The notes under the pieces: generated by a model
Databases searched by the model: none
The model's input: only the letters and a program-made list of their open reading frames with translations
Told to the model about the DNA's origin: nothing
Shown here: positions 16,523-25,102 of the stretch, one piece after another
How the letters are laid out: the number at the start of each line of letters is the position of its first letter
Numbering within the stretch: the stretch's first letter is position 1
Made by a program: the position numbers and the translations under genes
Virus record (IMG/VR): IMGVR_UViG_3300011335_000149
Span: 1-34,345 of that record
Reading direction: 5' to 3' (one strand)
Source of the DNA: a virus
Lineage: Duplodnaviria; Caudoviricetes
DNA length: 34,345 nt

Positions 16523-17439
16523 TATTGCGCGGGCCAATTGCCGTCTTGAACACTCCACGGGCCAACCAGCGGATTCATGCCAATTGGGGCAAGAGATTGC
16601 GCCGGTACAGGCACATCTTGCGCTTTGGTGTAACTCAGCGCACGCATGAATTCACCCAATTCCACGGCGTAATCCAGCTTCTTAGCCTTGAGAAAATAGA
16701 ATTTTAGACCCGCCAGCATGAGGTCATCAGGGAAAATTGTCGTGTCGGTGTCGGCGGTAAAAGCGCCCTTGTCGCCTGCCGTTGCACCGGTAGACATTAC
16801 CCAATAATTGCTGACGTACTCAAACGCAAAGGTGTAAATGCTTGTTAAGGCTTGGAAAATCCGCAGCCGGTTGTTGTATATACGATAGCGTTCCCTTGGG
16901 CCAACCGAGATAATGCCGCCTTGCAGCCATTGCCATTCTTGGCTGGTTTTTGTTCCAAGGTTGCGCCAATGGTTTGTGCGATCCCAATTTGTGTCCGAAA
17001 TCATGCGATCAAAGTCGGTCGGCATCGCATAATCTTGTTTGGCAAACGTCATTGACACCGCCGCCGTAGAAGTTGCCACAGGCGTGTTCAGCGTGACTTG
17101 GGTTGCCGAATCAATGGTCAGAATCTCAGCGTAGGGAGCCTGGCCTGTGCCGGTGACCACATTGCCAACTTCCAAGCCTGTGGTTGTGCCCATGCTGGTA
17201 ATGACCTTTGAGCCTGCCGTGATTGTGCCGGTGGTGCTGATTCCGGCGGTTGTTTGCAGGACGTAAGCCTTGACCAGCCGCTGCCACTCAAATTCGCGCA
17301 CCAAGTCTTTGCCCAACCGCTGCGCCAAGGCCAGCAATTGGACGGTTTGGTTATTGGTGGAACCAATTACTGCCGGTGGTTGGGACAAGCCCATTTCGCC
17401 CGAAACTTGGTCAACCAGTTGCAGTAATGTGTAAGCCAT
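16522..17439 (-). CDS. Head-tail adaptor (T7 gp11/P22 gp4-like) with an inserted beta domain
   Basis: MAYTLLQLV...LLAL..R.GKDL...EWQRL and Y.MP.DFDR motifs; position. Confidence 0.75.
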   Translation of the reverse strand: MAYTLLQLVDQVSGEMGLSQPPAVIGSTNNQTVQLLALAQRLGKDLVREFEWQRLVKAYVLQTTAGISTTGTITAGSKVITSMGTTTGLEVGNVVTGTGQAPYAEILTIDSATQVTLNTPVATSTAAVSMTFAKQDYAMPTDFDRMISDTNWDRTNHWRNLGTKTSQEWQWLQGGIISVGPRERYRIYNNRLRIFQALTSIYTFAFEYVSNYWVMSTGATAGDKGAFTADTDTTIFPDDLMLAGLKFYFLKAKKLDYAVELGEFMRALSYTKAQDVPVPAQSLAPIGMNPLVGPWSVQDGNWPAQ

Positions 17440-18027
17440 TTATTCCACCAGTTCTTTCTTGGGTCTGCCAGCCTTCTTGGTTGTCAATTCCGCAATCATG
17501 GCACGAAGTTCAGCCATTTCAACTTCTTGGGCCTTCAATTTTTCATCAGTCTCAGCGCGGATTTTGTCCATCATTTGGCTATCCTGCGCCGCACCAATAA
17601 ATGCGCGGGCCTTAGCTCGCAGTTCATTGAACCCCATGATTTTATTGCCTGCACTGTCCGGCAGCTTGGCAAACTGGTCAATTGTGAAAATGTTGAGCGC
17701 CCTAAATTCAGCCTTTTGCGTGTCGCTAATTGCTGCCCATGCCTCAATCGGAGTGCCATCGGCTTTCTGTTCTTTCTTTTGTTCAAACCGCGCCCATTCA
17801 ATGGGGAATTCTTCCATGTCGGTTTCGCGCATGGGGCGGTCAACCACCAGCGTGGAATCGCCTGGAACCAGTTTTTTCAAGTAGATGCGTTCTTCAAAAA
17901 TTGGGCGCTTTTCCAATTCCGATTTGTAATTGTTCTTAATTTGCACAGCATGGAAAAACACCGCCATCTTGCCTCGGTTGTCCTCCATGAAACTTTCATT
18001 TGTCCATCCAGCCGTTTCGTTCTTCAT
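17440..18027 (-). CDS. Conserved head-region protein of unknown function
   Basis: AAGGA SD; GTPIEAW...LNIFTIDQFA motif; C-terminal coiled coil with KKAGRPKK. Confidence 0.75.
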   Translation of the reverse strand: MKNETAGWTNESFMEDNRGKMAVFFHAVQIKNNYKSELEKRPIFEERIYLKKLVPGDSTLVVDRPMRETDMEEFPIEWARFEQKKEQKADGTPIEAWAAISDTQKAEFRALNIFTIDQFAKLPDSAGNKIMGFNELRAKARAFIGAAQDSQMMDKIRAETDEKLKAQEVEMAELRAMIAELTTKKAGRPKKELVE

Positions 18028-18758
18028 GCCATTTCCTTTAGTTGAAGTGCCGTTTCTTGCATAAGCCCGTCACCGAAAAATGCGATCTCCGCATCTTGAG
18101 TTGTGATGAATTGCTCCATCTCAATTGCTGCTTGTAGCATTTGCCTAGTGGTCTGAAATACTCGGTTTCCAGCTTTCACCATAATTTTAGCTTGTTCCTT
18201 GCCCAAATGCGCCGCAGCGTGCCGGTCGGTCGTAAAAGAGCAATCCATGCCGTGGATGTTAAACCGCCGGTAACCCAGCGCCGCCATGACGTTCATCGCC
18301 CGTTGCCCGACTGAACTGCCGCCGCCAATCATGCTGTTTGCGCCCTCGGGATGGTTTTGCATCACCCAGGCCACGGTTTCTAGGTCATCGCCGTTGATCA
18401 AATGCCACAGCCGCACCTTGCGGCCCTTCAGCACTTCCCAATATTTTGGGTGGCAAACGGTCGCCATCAGATAAGTTGTCTTATCTTGCGGGTTTTGCAG
18501 CATCCGCGCCTTGTGTTCCCGAGGGTCGCAGTCCACATGGAAATCCGGCACGATTCCGCGCCTGACAAGGTAGTCATGTGCGCCTGACACCGTGACAATG
18601 GGCCGTTTTATCAGTTTCCATGTGTCCGCAAGGCTTGGGCCATAACAAACAATGGATGCCCATTTGTCGTTAAATTTGGGCCTTTTCTTGAGCATTTGCC
18701 CATGTGCCTGCGACATTTGGGCATGGCGCTCGGCGTTACTCAGGACACCTTGTAGCAT
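18024..18758 (-). CDS. DUF115 (Maf/MptE-like) domain protein
   Basis: IVCYGPSL...VTVSGAHDYLVRRGIVPDFHVDCDP...GGGSSVG..A...AALGYRRFNIHGMDCS. Confidence 0.8.
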   Translation of the reverse strand: MLQGVLSNAERHAQMSQAHGQMLKKRPKFNDKWASIVCYGPSLADTWKLIKRPIVTVSGAHDYLVRRGIVPDFHVDCDPREHKARMLQNPQDKTTYLMATVCHPKYWEVLKGRKVRLWHLINGDDLETVAWVMQNHPEGANSMIGGGSSVGQRAMNVMAALGYRRFNIHGMDCSFTTDRHAAAHLGKEQAKIMVKAGNRVFQTTRQMLQAAIEMEQFITTQDAEIAFFGDGLMQETALQLKEMA

Positions 18759-19252
18759 TCAACCCTCATGTCTCGGAATGGAAAATGATAGCGCGGGTCA
18801 AAGAATTCGATGCGCTCCATGCCCACCGATTGCAGCATTTGGCGTAACGGCGTTTCAAACCAACCCCACTTGTGGCACATGGCAGGGTCTTTGTATTTGG
18901 GGTCGCCCCACAGCGCGTAGGTGGTCATAAACGGCTGCAATCCTTGTTTTTGCACCACGCAATTGTGAATGTAGGCAAACACCTTGTCCATCGATGGCAG
19001 TTCAAGGATCATCTTGCCGCCTGGCTTGAGAACACGCATCCACTCTGACAACAGGGCGTGTACTTCCCATTCGTAGAAATGCTCCAGCACATGAATGGCG
19101 GCAACCGCATCGGCTGAGTTGCTGGCAAGTTCCAGCTTACGCAAGTCGCATTTGATGTCCGATGTTTCGGAATACAGGTCTACGTTGACCCAGCCGTCCC
19201 AATGCTTTTTTCCGCATCCGAGGTTGTAGGCCGTTTCGTAATCGTCTTCCAT
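18740..19252 (-). CDS. Class I SAM-dependent methyltransferase (type 11-like)
   Basis: NLGCG..HWDGWVNVD, HVLEHF, EWMRVLKPGG. Start uncertain (19252 preferred; track gives 19342). Confidence 0.85.
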   Translation of the reverse strand: MEDDYETAYNLGCGKKHWDGWVNVDLYSETSDIKCDLRKLELASNSADAVAAIHVLEHFYEWEVHALLSEWMRVLKPGGKMILELPSMDKVFAYIHNCVVQKQGLQPFMTTYALWGDPKYKDPAMCHKWGWFETPLRQMLQSVGMERIEFFDPRYHFPFRDMRVECYKVS

Positions 19253-20820
19253 GCATCGATCACTGTTTGCGGCCCATATTTTTCCATCACGAATTTCTGC
19301 GCCGCCAAGATATTGCTTGATACGTTCCGCTTTGTTGTCCATTCAATGCCCTCTTTGATGTTGCCAATCCAAATTCCAGGGAAACCCTCCAATGCTGGAT
19401 GCGGCTCTGCGACTACAAAACACCCTTGACGGGTTGCCTCAATTGCCCGATTTGGGCTTTTGTAGGTATCGGTGGCGGGGATCACCACAATGTCAGCGCG
19501 GGCAAATTCTTCCAACATGGTTTCATGCGACCAAGGGATTGCCCCGCCAAAGTTAGACACCACCCGCAGCGGATAACGTTCAATGTCCGGCAGGATGCGC
19601 TGTAGGCTTTGTTTGTTGACGGCGTGCCCATACCACAGCAGATTCACGCCGTTGCAGTGTGGTGGCATCTTATCGTACTCAAATGGGTCGGGAATAACCA
19701 CGGCATCTTTGCCCAATGCTTTGATGCGCCTTGCCATTTCTTGGGTTGGGCAAGTCACCACATCGGCAATCCGCAGCGCCTCGGTGTAATGCATCCAATC
19801 AAAATGGTCATCGCAGAAATCCACAATGACCCGTGCACCACGCGCCTTAGCCTGCGCCATGTCCATCAGTTCTTTTGCTTGGGGCTTGGCAAACACCAAT
19901 GTGCCTGCGGTGAAGTTGTTGAGGGTTGCCCAATCTCCCGCCGGTATCTTGGCCCTGTAACGCCAGCTTGCCGACCAGTGATCACCAAAATGGATAAACG
20001 AAACTTGATTATTCTGCTGCGCTTGGGTGTTGATGATGTTGCCCAATGTCATCATGTTTTCTTCCCTTTTGCGGATGATGGCTTGGATCAGTCCATGCCC
20101 ATGACCATTGAACACCGCATCCGGTAGGTAGTCGTAGTAGGTTTGGAAATGCTCGGCTTGCAGCGCCATTGCCGTATTGCAGTAAAAAGTTTCGCCATCA
20201 GGGTCAATCCTGACTTCAATCAGCTTGTCGCCGTCTTTTAGGCCATCGCCGTTAACCCGCAGCGCCTCGCCGGTGTTGCAGGAATCAAACCCAAACAATT
20301 CAAATTGACGGTATCCAAGGACGTAGAACAGCGAAATGGCGCGTAGGCCGGAGGTAGTGCCACCACCTATCAGCATGACGTTTGCAGGGCGCGTTTGGCC
20401 TTTCATCACATATGGATGCCACAGGGTTACATCGTAGCCCGCCAGGTTGTCAAACATCGCCGGATGGCATTGTGATGCAATCATGTACTGCACAGCCCTG
20501 TGGGGCTTGTAGAACGCAATCCGATGCTCTTGTGGGTCGATTGCTAAGGCGTAGTCAGGAATCACGCCGTTTTCGATTAGCCAATCGTGTGCGCCCTTGA
20601 TGGCGACAACCGGCGCACCGGCTGCTTGCATTTTCTTGATGAGTTCTAGTTGCCCTGTGACGCTTGGTGCGCTTGCCACCAGCAAAATTGGGCCAGCGTG
20701 TGCGTGTTGATTGTGAACAACCTGTGGATAACCTCGCGCAATCGCAGCATCCATGTGCGCGAATAGCGTGTTGTCATCCGCAACACATTGACCGGTAACT
20801 TTAAGGGGTAGAAAACTCAT
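19180..20820 (-). CDS. Fusion: N-terminal DUF115 (Maf/MptE-like) domain plus C-terminal GT-B (GT4-like) glycosyltransferase
   Basis: N-term LVASAPSV...AIKGAHDWLIENGVIPDYALAIDP...GGGTTSGLRA...LGYRQFELFGFDSC; C-term DFCDDHF, ADVVTCPT, LLWYG, ADIVVIP, KSPNRAIEA..QG. Confidence 0.8.
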   Translation of the reverse strand: MSFLPLKVTGQCVADDNTLFAHMDAAIARGYPQVVHNQHAHAGPILLVASAPSVTGQLELIKKMQAAGAPVVAIKGAHDWLIENGVIPDYALAIDPQEHRIAFYKPHRAVQYMIASQCHPAMFDNLAGYDVTLWHPYVMKGQTRPANVMLIGGGTTSGLRAISLFYVLGYRQFELFGFDSCNTGEALRVNGDGLKDGDKLIEVRIDPDGETFYCNTAMALQAEHFQTYYDYLPDAVFNGHGHGLIQAIIRKREENMMTLGNIINTQAQQNNQVSFIHFGDHWSASWRYRAKIPAGDWATLNNFTAGTLVFAKPQAKELMDMAQAKARGARVIVDFCDDHFDWMHYTEALRIADVVTCPTQEMARRIKALGKDAVVIPDPFEYDKMPPHCNGVNLLWYGHAVNKQSLQRILPDIERYPLRVVSNFGGAIPWSHETMLEEFARADIVVIPATDTYKSPNRAIEATRQGCFVVAEPHPALEGFPGIWIGNIKEGIEWTTKRNVSSNILAAQKFVMEKYGPQTVIDAWKTITKRPTTSDAEKSIGTAGST

Positions 20821-20822
20821 TA

Positions 20823-20847
20823 AGAAAACCCCGCTTCTTTAGCGGGG
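20823..20847 (-). terminator. Intrinsic terminator after capsid and decoration genes
   Basis: Minus strand ccccgct-aaaga-agcgggg followed by ttttctt. Confidence 0.75.
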
Positions 20848-20856
20848 AATCCAATT

Positions 20857-21390
20857 TTAGCCTGCTCCGACCATGATCAAGCCAGCATTGTTGACCATGC
20901 AGAATGGTGCAGATGCTGACGTTGCCGAGGTGTTAGCCACAATACCTTGGATGAAACCGGCAGACACGGTTGTGTCGTCCAGCGATCCAGCGGTAGAGGT
21001 GGTGTACAAAGGCACTTTAGGCTGGCAAGCAATTAGCAAATTAACCTTGAGCAAACCATTCAAGCCAACCCAGCCGTAGTAGCTGGAGGCAATCGCGGTT
21101 TGTGCAAAGCCAACCATGTTGAAACCCAGCGCAGCAGCATTGGTGGTGGTCACAGGCACAGCACGCATAACGGGAGTGGTACTCGCCGAATCTGCGTAAC
21201 TGGACATGATCACAGCATCGTATGCGCTGATAGTGGATTCGGCGCGGACAAACATATACACGCCGTTGTTGCTGGTGTTGACCCGAGTCCCAGGGGTAAC
21301 GGGGAACAGGCTAGTGGAACCGGCAGACGTAGACGCATAGGTTGCGGTCAGGTCAATACCAATTTTTCCATCGGTGACGTAATCAGCCAT
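20857..21390 (-). CDS. Capsid decoration/cement protein
   Basis: Directly after the major capsid gene; AAGGAG SD; YMFVRA, YYGWV..G and LYTTSTAGSLDD motifs; Ser/Thr/Ala-rich. Confidence 0.75.
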   Translation of the reverse strand: MADYVTDGKIGIDLTATYASTSAGSTSLFPVTPGTRVNTSNNGVYMFVRAESTISAYDAVIMSSYADSASTTPVMRAVPVTTTNAAALGFNMVGFAQTAIASSYYGWVGLNGLLKVNLLIACQPKVPLYTTSTAGSLDDTTVSAGFIQGIVANTSATSASAPFCMVNNAGLIMVGAG

Positions 21391-21401
21391 GATGATTCTC
21401 C

Positions 21402-22382
21402 TTATTCAGTCATCACGCCTTGGAACTGGAGTCCCGAGGCAGTCATATTACCGGCCCATCCAATCAGGCGCACGATGGCATCCTGGTTGGTACTCATGCG
21501 CTCATCGCCAATTGGGACGAAATTGCGGTTGGTGTGTGGTCGGAAGAAGATGTACTTGCTATTCAAGAAATAGCCAGTAGAAGCGGGAATATTGCCGCCA
21601 ATACCACCGTCCAACACCACATCAGCGTTCATGTATTTGCTTGCAACAAAGCCGAGTTCAGCCATTTTCGATGAACCAGGGAAACGCTGGATGTTTTGCA
21701 GGGAAGACATGAAGAATCCCCACAGGTTGTTGTCCAACAAAATCAAATCAACAACGTCACTTCCACGCGAGGTTTTGGCATACAAACGGTTAAAACCGGT
21801 CTGAATGTTAGACGACGATGCGGATACGCCAAGGTCGGTTGAAAAGTCAAACGTCTGATTGCGCCAAAAAGACCATGTGCTGCGATCAATACCGCCAACC
21901 ACACCAGTAGAGGGCGATGCAACTACCATAGCTTGCAGACCGGTGATTTGCTTGCCGTTGTTGGCTGTGCCGTCCGAATAGATACCGGTCGAGATCAAGT
22001 TTTCAATCGATGCCTCGGCAACGTCCAAACGTGCGTCAAACAAATCAATGATCTGTTCTTCGCCGCTGTTTTGGAGCATTTCCAAGCCATTGATGGTCAC
22101 AGCGACTGCGGCCTGCTTGATGGGGAACTGAGCCGCGCTGATAACGTCCGCAGGGCTGATGTCCAAGACTTCAGCGCCCGAGTAATACATTGCGGTTGAG
22201 TTTGCTTGGAACGACAATTCTTGAAGAATGGTCGAACCGCCGGTGAACGGCTTGTACCGTCCTTTTTCACGCAGACGGGTCAGCAAAGCATTGTTTTTGG
22301 TCACGTTATCGGCGACTGTGCCGGAACGCGATTCAATGGTCGTTGCCAAAACGTCTGAGTAGTTTGCATTTGCGTATGCCAT
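21402..22382 (-). CDS. Major capsid protein
   Basis: 326 aa after scaffold; TAGGAG SD; ATTIESRSG.VADNV.KNNALL, YSDGT..GKQITGL, GGIDR..W.FWR motifs of an HK97-fold capsid family. Confidence 0.88.
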   Translation of the reverse strand: MAYANANYSDVLATTIESRSGTVADNVTKNNALLTRLREKGRYKPFTGGSTILQELSFQANSTAMYYSGAEVLDISPADVISAAQFPIKQAAVAVTINGLEMLQNSGEEQIIDLFDARLDVAEASIENLISTGIYSDGTANNGKQITGLQAMVVASPSTGVVGGIDRSTWSFWRNQTFDFSTDLGVSASSSNIQTGFNRLYAKTSRGSDVVDLILLDNNLWGFFMSSLQNIQRFPGSSKMAELGFVASKYMNADVVLDGGIGGNIPASTGYFLNSKYIFFRPHTNRNFVPIGDERMSTNQDAIVRLIGWAGNMTASGLQFQGVMTE

Positions 22383-22395
22383 GACTAACTCCTAT

Positions 22396-23442
22396 TTAAC
22401 CGAAAGACCGTAGCGCATTGGCTATCACGGCCCGCCGGTCGGTTTGATTAATGACGGGGTTTGCGCTGCCACCAGGTGCGCCGCGCACACTTACCGCCGC
22501 TGTTCTTGCTCTCTGCACTTGGGCTTGCGCTTGCGACTGCTGTTGCTGTTGAGCATACAAACTTTGCGCTATTTGCGGATCAAGCCTAATTGCCGTGTCA
22601 TATGCCAATTGCAATTTCTCGCGTTCGGACATCTGACTTGTGTCTCCTAAAACCTGTGGCGCTTGGAGAAGCTGCAACATCCGGTCGGAAACTGCCTCAA
22701 AATGCAGATTTGCGGGGTCGCTCGCAAACTGCTGGATAACAGAGAGTGCCCTGTTTTCGTTCGATTTCTGCGCTTGGTACTGCTGCTGCGTTATGTGTTG
22801 CGTCAATTGCTGTACTTGTTGCGCGAGATCATTGTAATGCGAATCCTGCTGAACCGGTGCAGTCCCGCCCAAATGGGCAGAAACTTGGTCAATCGGAATC
22901 TGAAACTGCTGAATCATGTGGGCCACGGCTTGGCTCTTTTGCGCCGGTGTGCCCGTCCGCAACAAGGCCGCAGTCTGCAAAAGGGGAGCAATAGCCTGCG
23001 CTGGAGTCGTGCCTTCATTCCGCAAAATCCACTCATACGGGGCAAATTGCTCTGTGATGGCCCGTGCCTCGGCATCCCGTGTTTTGTACTGGCTGATGCC
23101 TTTTTCGTAATCGGCATCGCGCTGGGCAAAGGCTTGCTGAAGTTCTTGCGGGGCTTTTTCCCAATGGTCTTTCAGTTCCAACCGCAAAGATTTGGGCATA
23201 TCCACCCGAGGTTTTTCGGGCGTGTTGGGTGCTTGGGATTCGCTAGTTGGGAATTTTGGCGCAAACTTGCCCTTTTCACGGGGCTGGCTTGGTTTGCCTT
23301 GGTTTGCAGGATCAGATGATGTTTTTGCCAATGCCTCGCGGATCGTGTCGGCGCGGCTTTGCGGCTCGGGTGTAGAAACCGCAGGGGCTTCGGGTGCTGG
23401 TGCTTCGGTCGTGTCGGGTGCGACAACTTCGTTTTCCATCAT
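22396..23442 (-). CDS. Capsid scaffolding protein
   Basis: Pro/Glu-rich N-terminus, REKGKFA, helical Q-rich body; immediately before the capsid gene. Confidence 0.8.
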   Translation of the reverse strand: MMENEVVAPDTTEAPAPEAPAVSTPEPQSRADTIREALAKTSSDPANQGKPSQPREKGKFAPKFPTSESQAPNTPEKPRVDMPKSLRLELKDHWEKAPQELQQAFAQRDADYEKGISQYKTRDAEARAITEQFAPYEWILRNEGTTPAQAIAPLLQTAALLRTGTPAQKSQAVAHMIQQFQIPIDQVSAHLGGTAPVQQDSHYNDLAQQVQQLTQHITQQQYQAQKSNENRALSVIQQFASDPANLHFEAVSDRMLQLLQAPQVLGDTSQMSEREKLQLAYDTAIRLDPQIAQSLYAQQQQQSQAQAQVQRARTAAVSVRGAPGGSANPVINQTDRRAVIANALRSFG

Positions 23443-23861
23443 TTCATCCTTTTCATTTGGTCGAGGGTCATTTTGATCATTTCCTTGCGTTCGGGCGGCG
23501 GTCGGTTGTGTAGCCGATTCGCCATCTCCACGTTCAAGTTGCTGCGCTGCACTGGCGCAATAGGTGCGCCTGGGCGGTCAAATTCCTGCACCCGTGCCAC
23601 TTGTCCACGCAAGCGGGCGGTATGTGCCTCTTTTTTCTTTTGCCATTGTTCTTTGGCGTATTTGACATCCGAATGGCCCATCTCAATGGTATCGGTTGCC
23701 TTCAAGTGTTCGCGCCATTGTGCGCGGCCCATGATCATCTGACCGTCAGGCGACCGAAAAGGCTCAATGTCGCCAAAGATCATCATGCGGTCAGCGGTCG
23801 GCCCTTTGCTTCGCTCATAAGGCTCGGAGCCGTCAGACGGGAAAACCCATGTTTCTTTCAT
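23439..23861 (-). CDS. Conserved head-region hypothetical protein
   Basis: DIEPFRSPDG..I.GRAQWREHLK motif; ATGA-coupled. Confidence 0.75.
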   Translation of the reverse strand: MKETWVFPSDGSEPYERSKGPTADRMMIFGDIEPFRSPDGQMIMGRAQWREHLKATDTIEMGHSDVKYAKEQWQKKKEAHTARLRGQVARVQEFDRPGAPIAPVQRSNLNVEMANRLHNRPPPERKEMIKMTLDQMKRMK

Positions 23862-24220
23862 AGCATTTCCAGTAGTTGTGCGATTTCTTCGTCATCACGG
23901 CGCAATTTTATCCGAAATTCAAGCTGTCTTACTTTTTCCATCATTGCGGCATAGTCAATCGGGTCACGGGCGGCAATCTCAATGGCCTGAGTTGGTGCGC
24001 TGGTTATTTCTTCGCGCTCTGCTGGCGGCAAGCCAAACAAGGCTTCGCGCAGCTTTAATTTGCGTTGCTTTTCAGCCCGCCGGTCAGCGTCCCATTGTTG
24101 GTCGCGCTTCTTTTCGTCAAACCCAAAATGCCCGCCTAATAGAATTTCTGCCGGTGGCGCGGGCGCACCTTCATATGCGGTGTTGAATGGCAGCGCAGCA
24201 AAGGCTGAAAAGCCAAACAC
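23858..24220 (-). CDS. Hypothetical protein with MFGFSAFAALPF N-terminus
   Basis: GGGAG SD before GTG; ends DDEEIAQLL. Confidence 0.7.
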   Translation of the reverse strand: MFGFSAFAALPFNTAYEGAPAPPAEILLGGHFGFDEKKRDQQWDADRRAEKQRKLKLREALFGLPPAEREEITSAPTQAIEIAARDPIDYAAMMEKVRQLEFRIKLRRDDEEIAQLLEML

Positions 24221-25102
24221 CTACGCTCCCCAAGTGGCTGATTGTGCGCCTGCCACCCACAGGCTTGTTGCCGAGTTGTAAACCAATATGTCGCCATTGT
24301 TTGGGTTTTGTGCCGAAACATTGTGCAATTCATCCATCTCGTAACCGTTTTGCACCTTGACAATCAACTTGCCATGAACTGGGTGTGCATGGGCAACAAC
24401 AGCAACATAAACAAGATGCTGTGGCGCATATGGCTTTGTCACTGTCAAAGCGCCTGCTGTGGTTGGGCTTAAATAAAGCTGCACTCCATCGGTATATGCT
24501 GATGTGTCAAGGTCATTGACCAATCCAATAATGGTTACATAGCCATTTGAATTGTTTTCCAAATCACTTGTTATTAACCCCAAAGTTTGCGCTGATGTGG
24601 CATCGCTTGTTGCTAGAGCCTTGGAAACGGTTGGAAGTTGTCCTGTAGCGCCTGAGATATAAACCGCTGTTCCCTTTGTCAAGGTTGCACCGGTGGAATT
24701 TCGCACTTGTTCAACAAGCACAGAGGCTGGAGATGTTTGCGATACCGCAAGATCAACAACCGAACCAACCGTGGTGACAATAACGCTTCCATCAGCGGAT
24801 GCAATAGAAGTTACAGTATTTTCAGCAGGCAAGGTTACAAACACATCTTTTGTGCCTGCGCCAAAAACAATTTTGCTGCCGGTACTGGACGAAATTACCG
24901 TGTCACGGGCTAATGTGCCTGCTGAATACGTTCCTATGCCTACTTCCCATTGGGCATCCAGCGTGATTGTGTAATAGGTCGTGTTCCCATCGCCTATTGC
25001 GCTGAATGACTGAAAGCCGGTAACCGACCCGTCCAGCGTAAATGTGCCCGATCCCGTTGTCGTGGATGTCTGTCTGACCCGATCCGCGAGAACAAGGCTC
25101 AT
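24221..25102 (-). CDS. Fibre-like virion protein located in the head module
   Basis: MSLVLADRV..TSTTTG.GTFTL...WEVGIGTY...L.R fibre N-terminal motif, VRNSTGATLTKGTAVYI domain, ELHNV...NGDILVYN..LW repeat. Confidence 0.75.
   Translation of the reverse strand: MSLVLADRVRQTSTTTGSGTFTLDGSVTGFQSFSAIGDGNTTYYTITLDAQWEVGIGTYSAGTLARDTVISSSTGSKIVFGAGTKDVFVTLPAENTVTSIASADGSVIVTTVGSVVDLAVSQTSPASVLVEQVRNSTGATLTKGTAVYISGATGQLPTVSKALATSDATSAQTLGLITSDLENNSNGYVTIIGLVNDLDTSAYTDGVQLYLSPTTAGALTVTKPYAPQHLVYVAVVAHAHPVHGKLIVKVQNGYEMDELHNVSAQNPNNGDILVYNSATSLWVAGAQSATWGA

Noticed and set aside
19253-19342. Long 5' extension of the methyltransferase overlapping the GT gene
   Set aside because: The SAM-binding motif begins right after Met at 19252, so the extension is probably just open frame.
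24218-24223. In-frame TAG-GTG junction as programmed readthrough or amber recoding
   Set aside because: The downstream gene has its own GGGAG SD, abutting in-frame genes also occur at 2289/2290 and 17439/17440, and no gene is fragmented by TAG.
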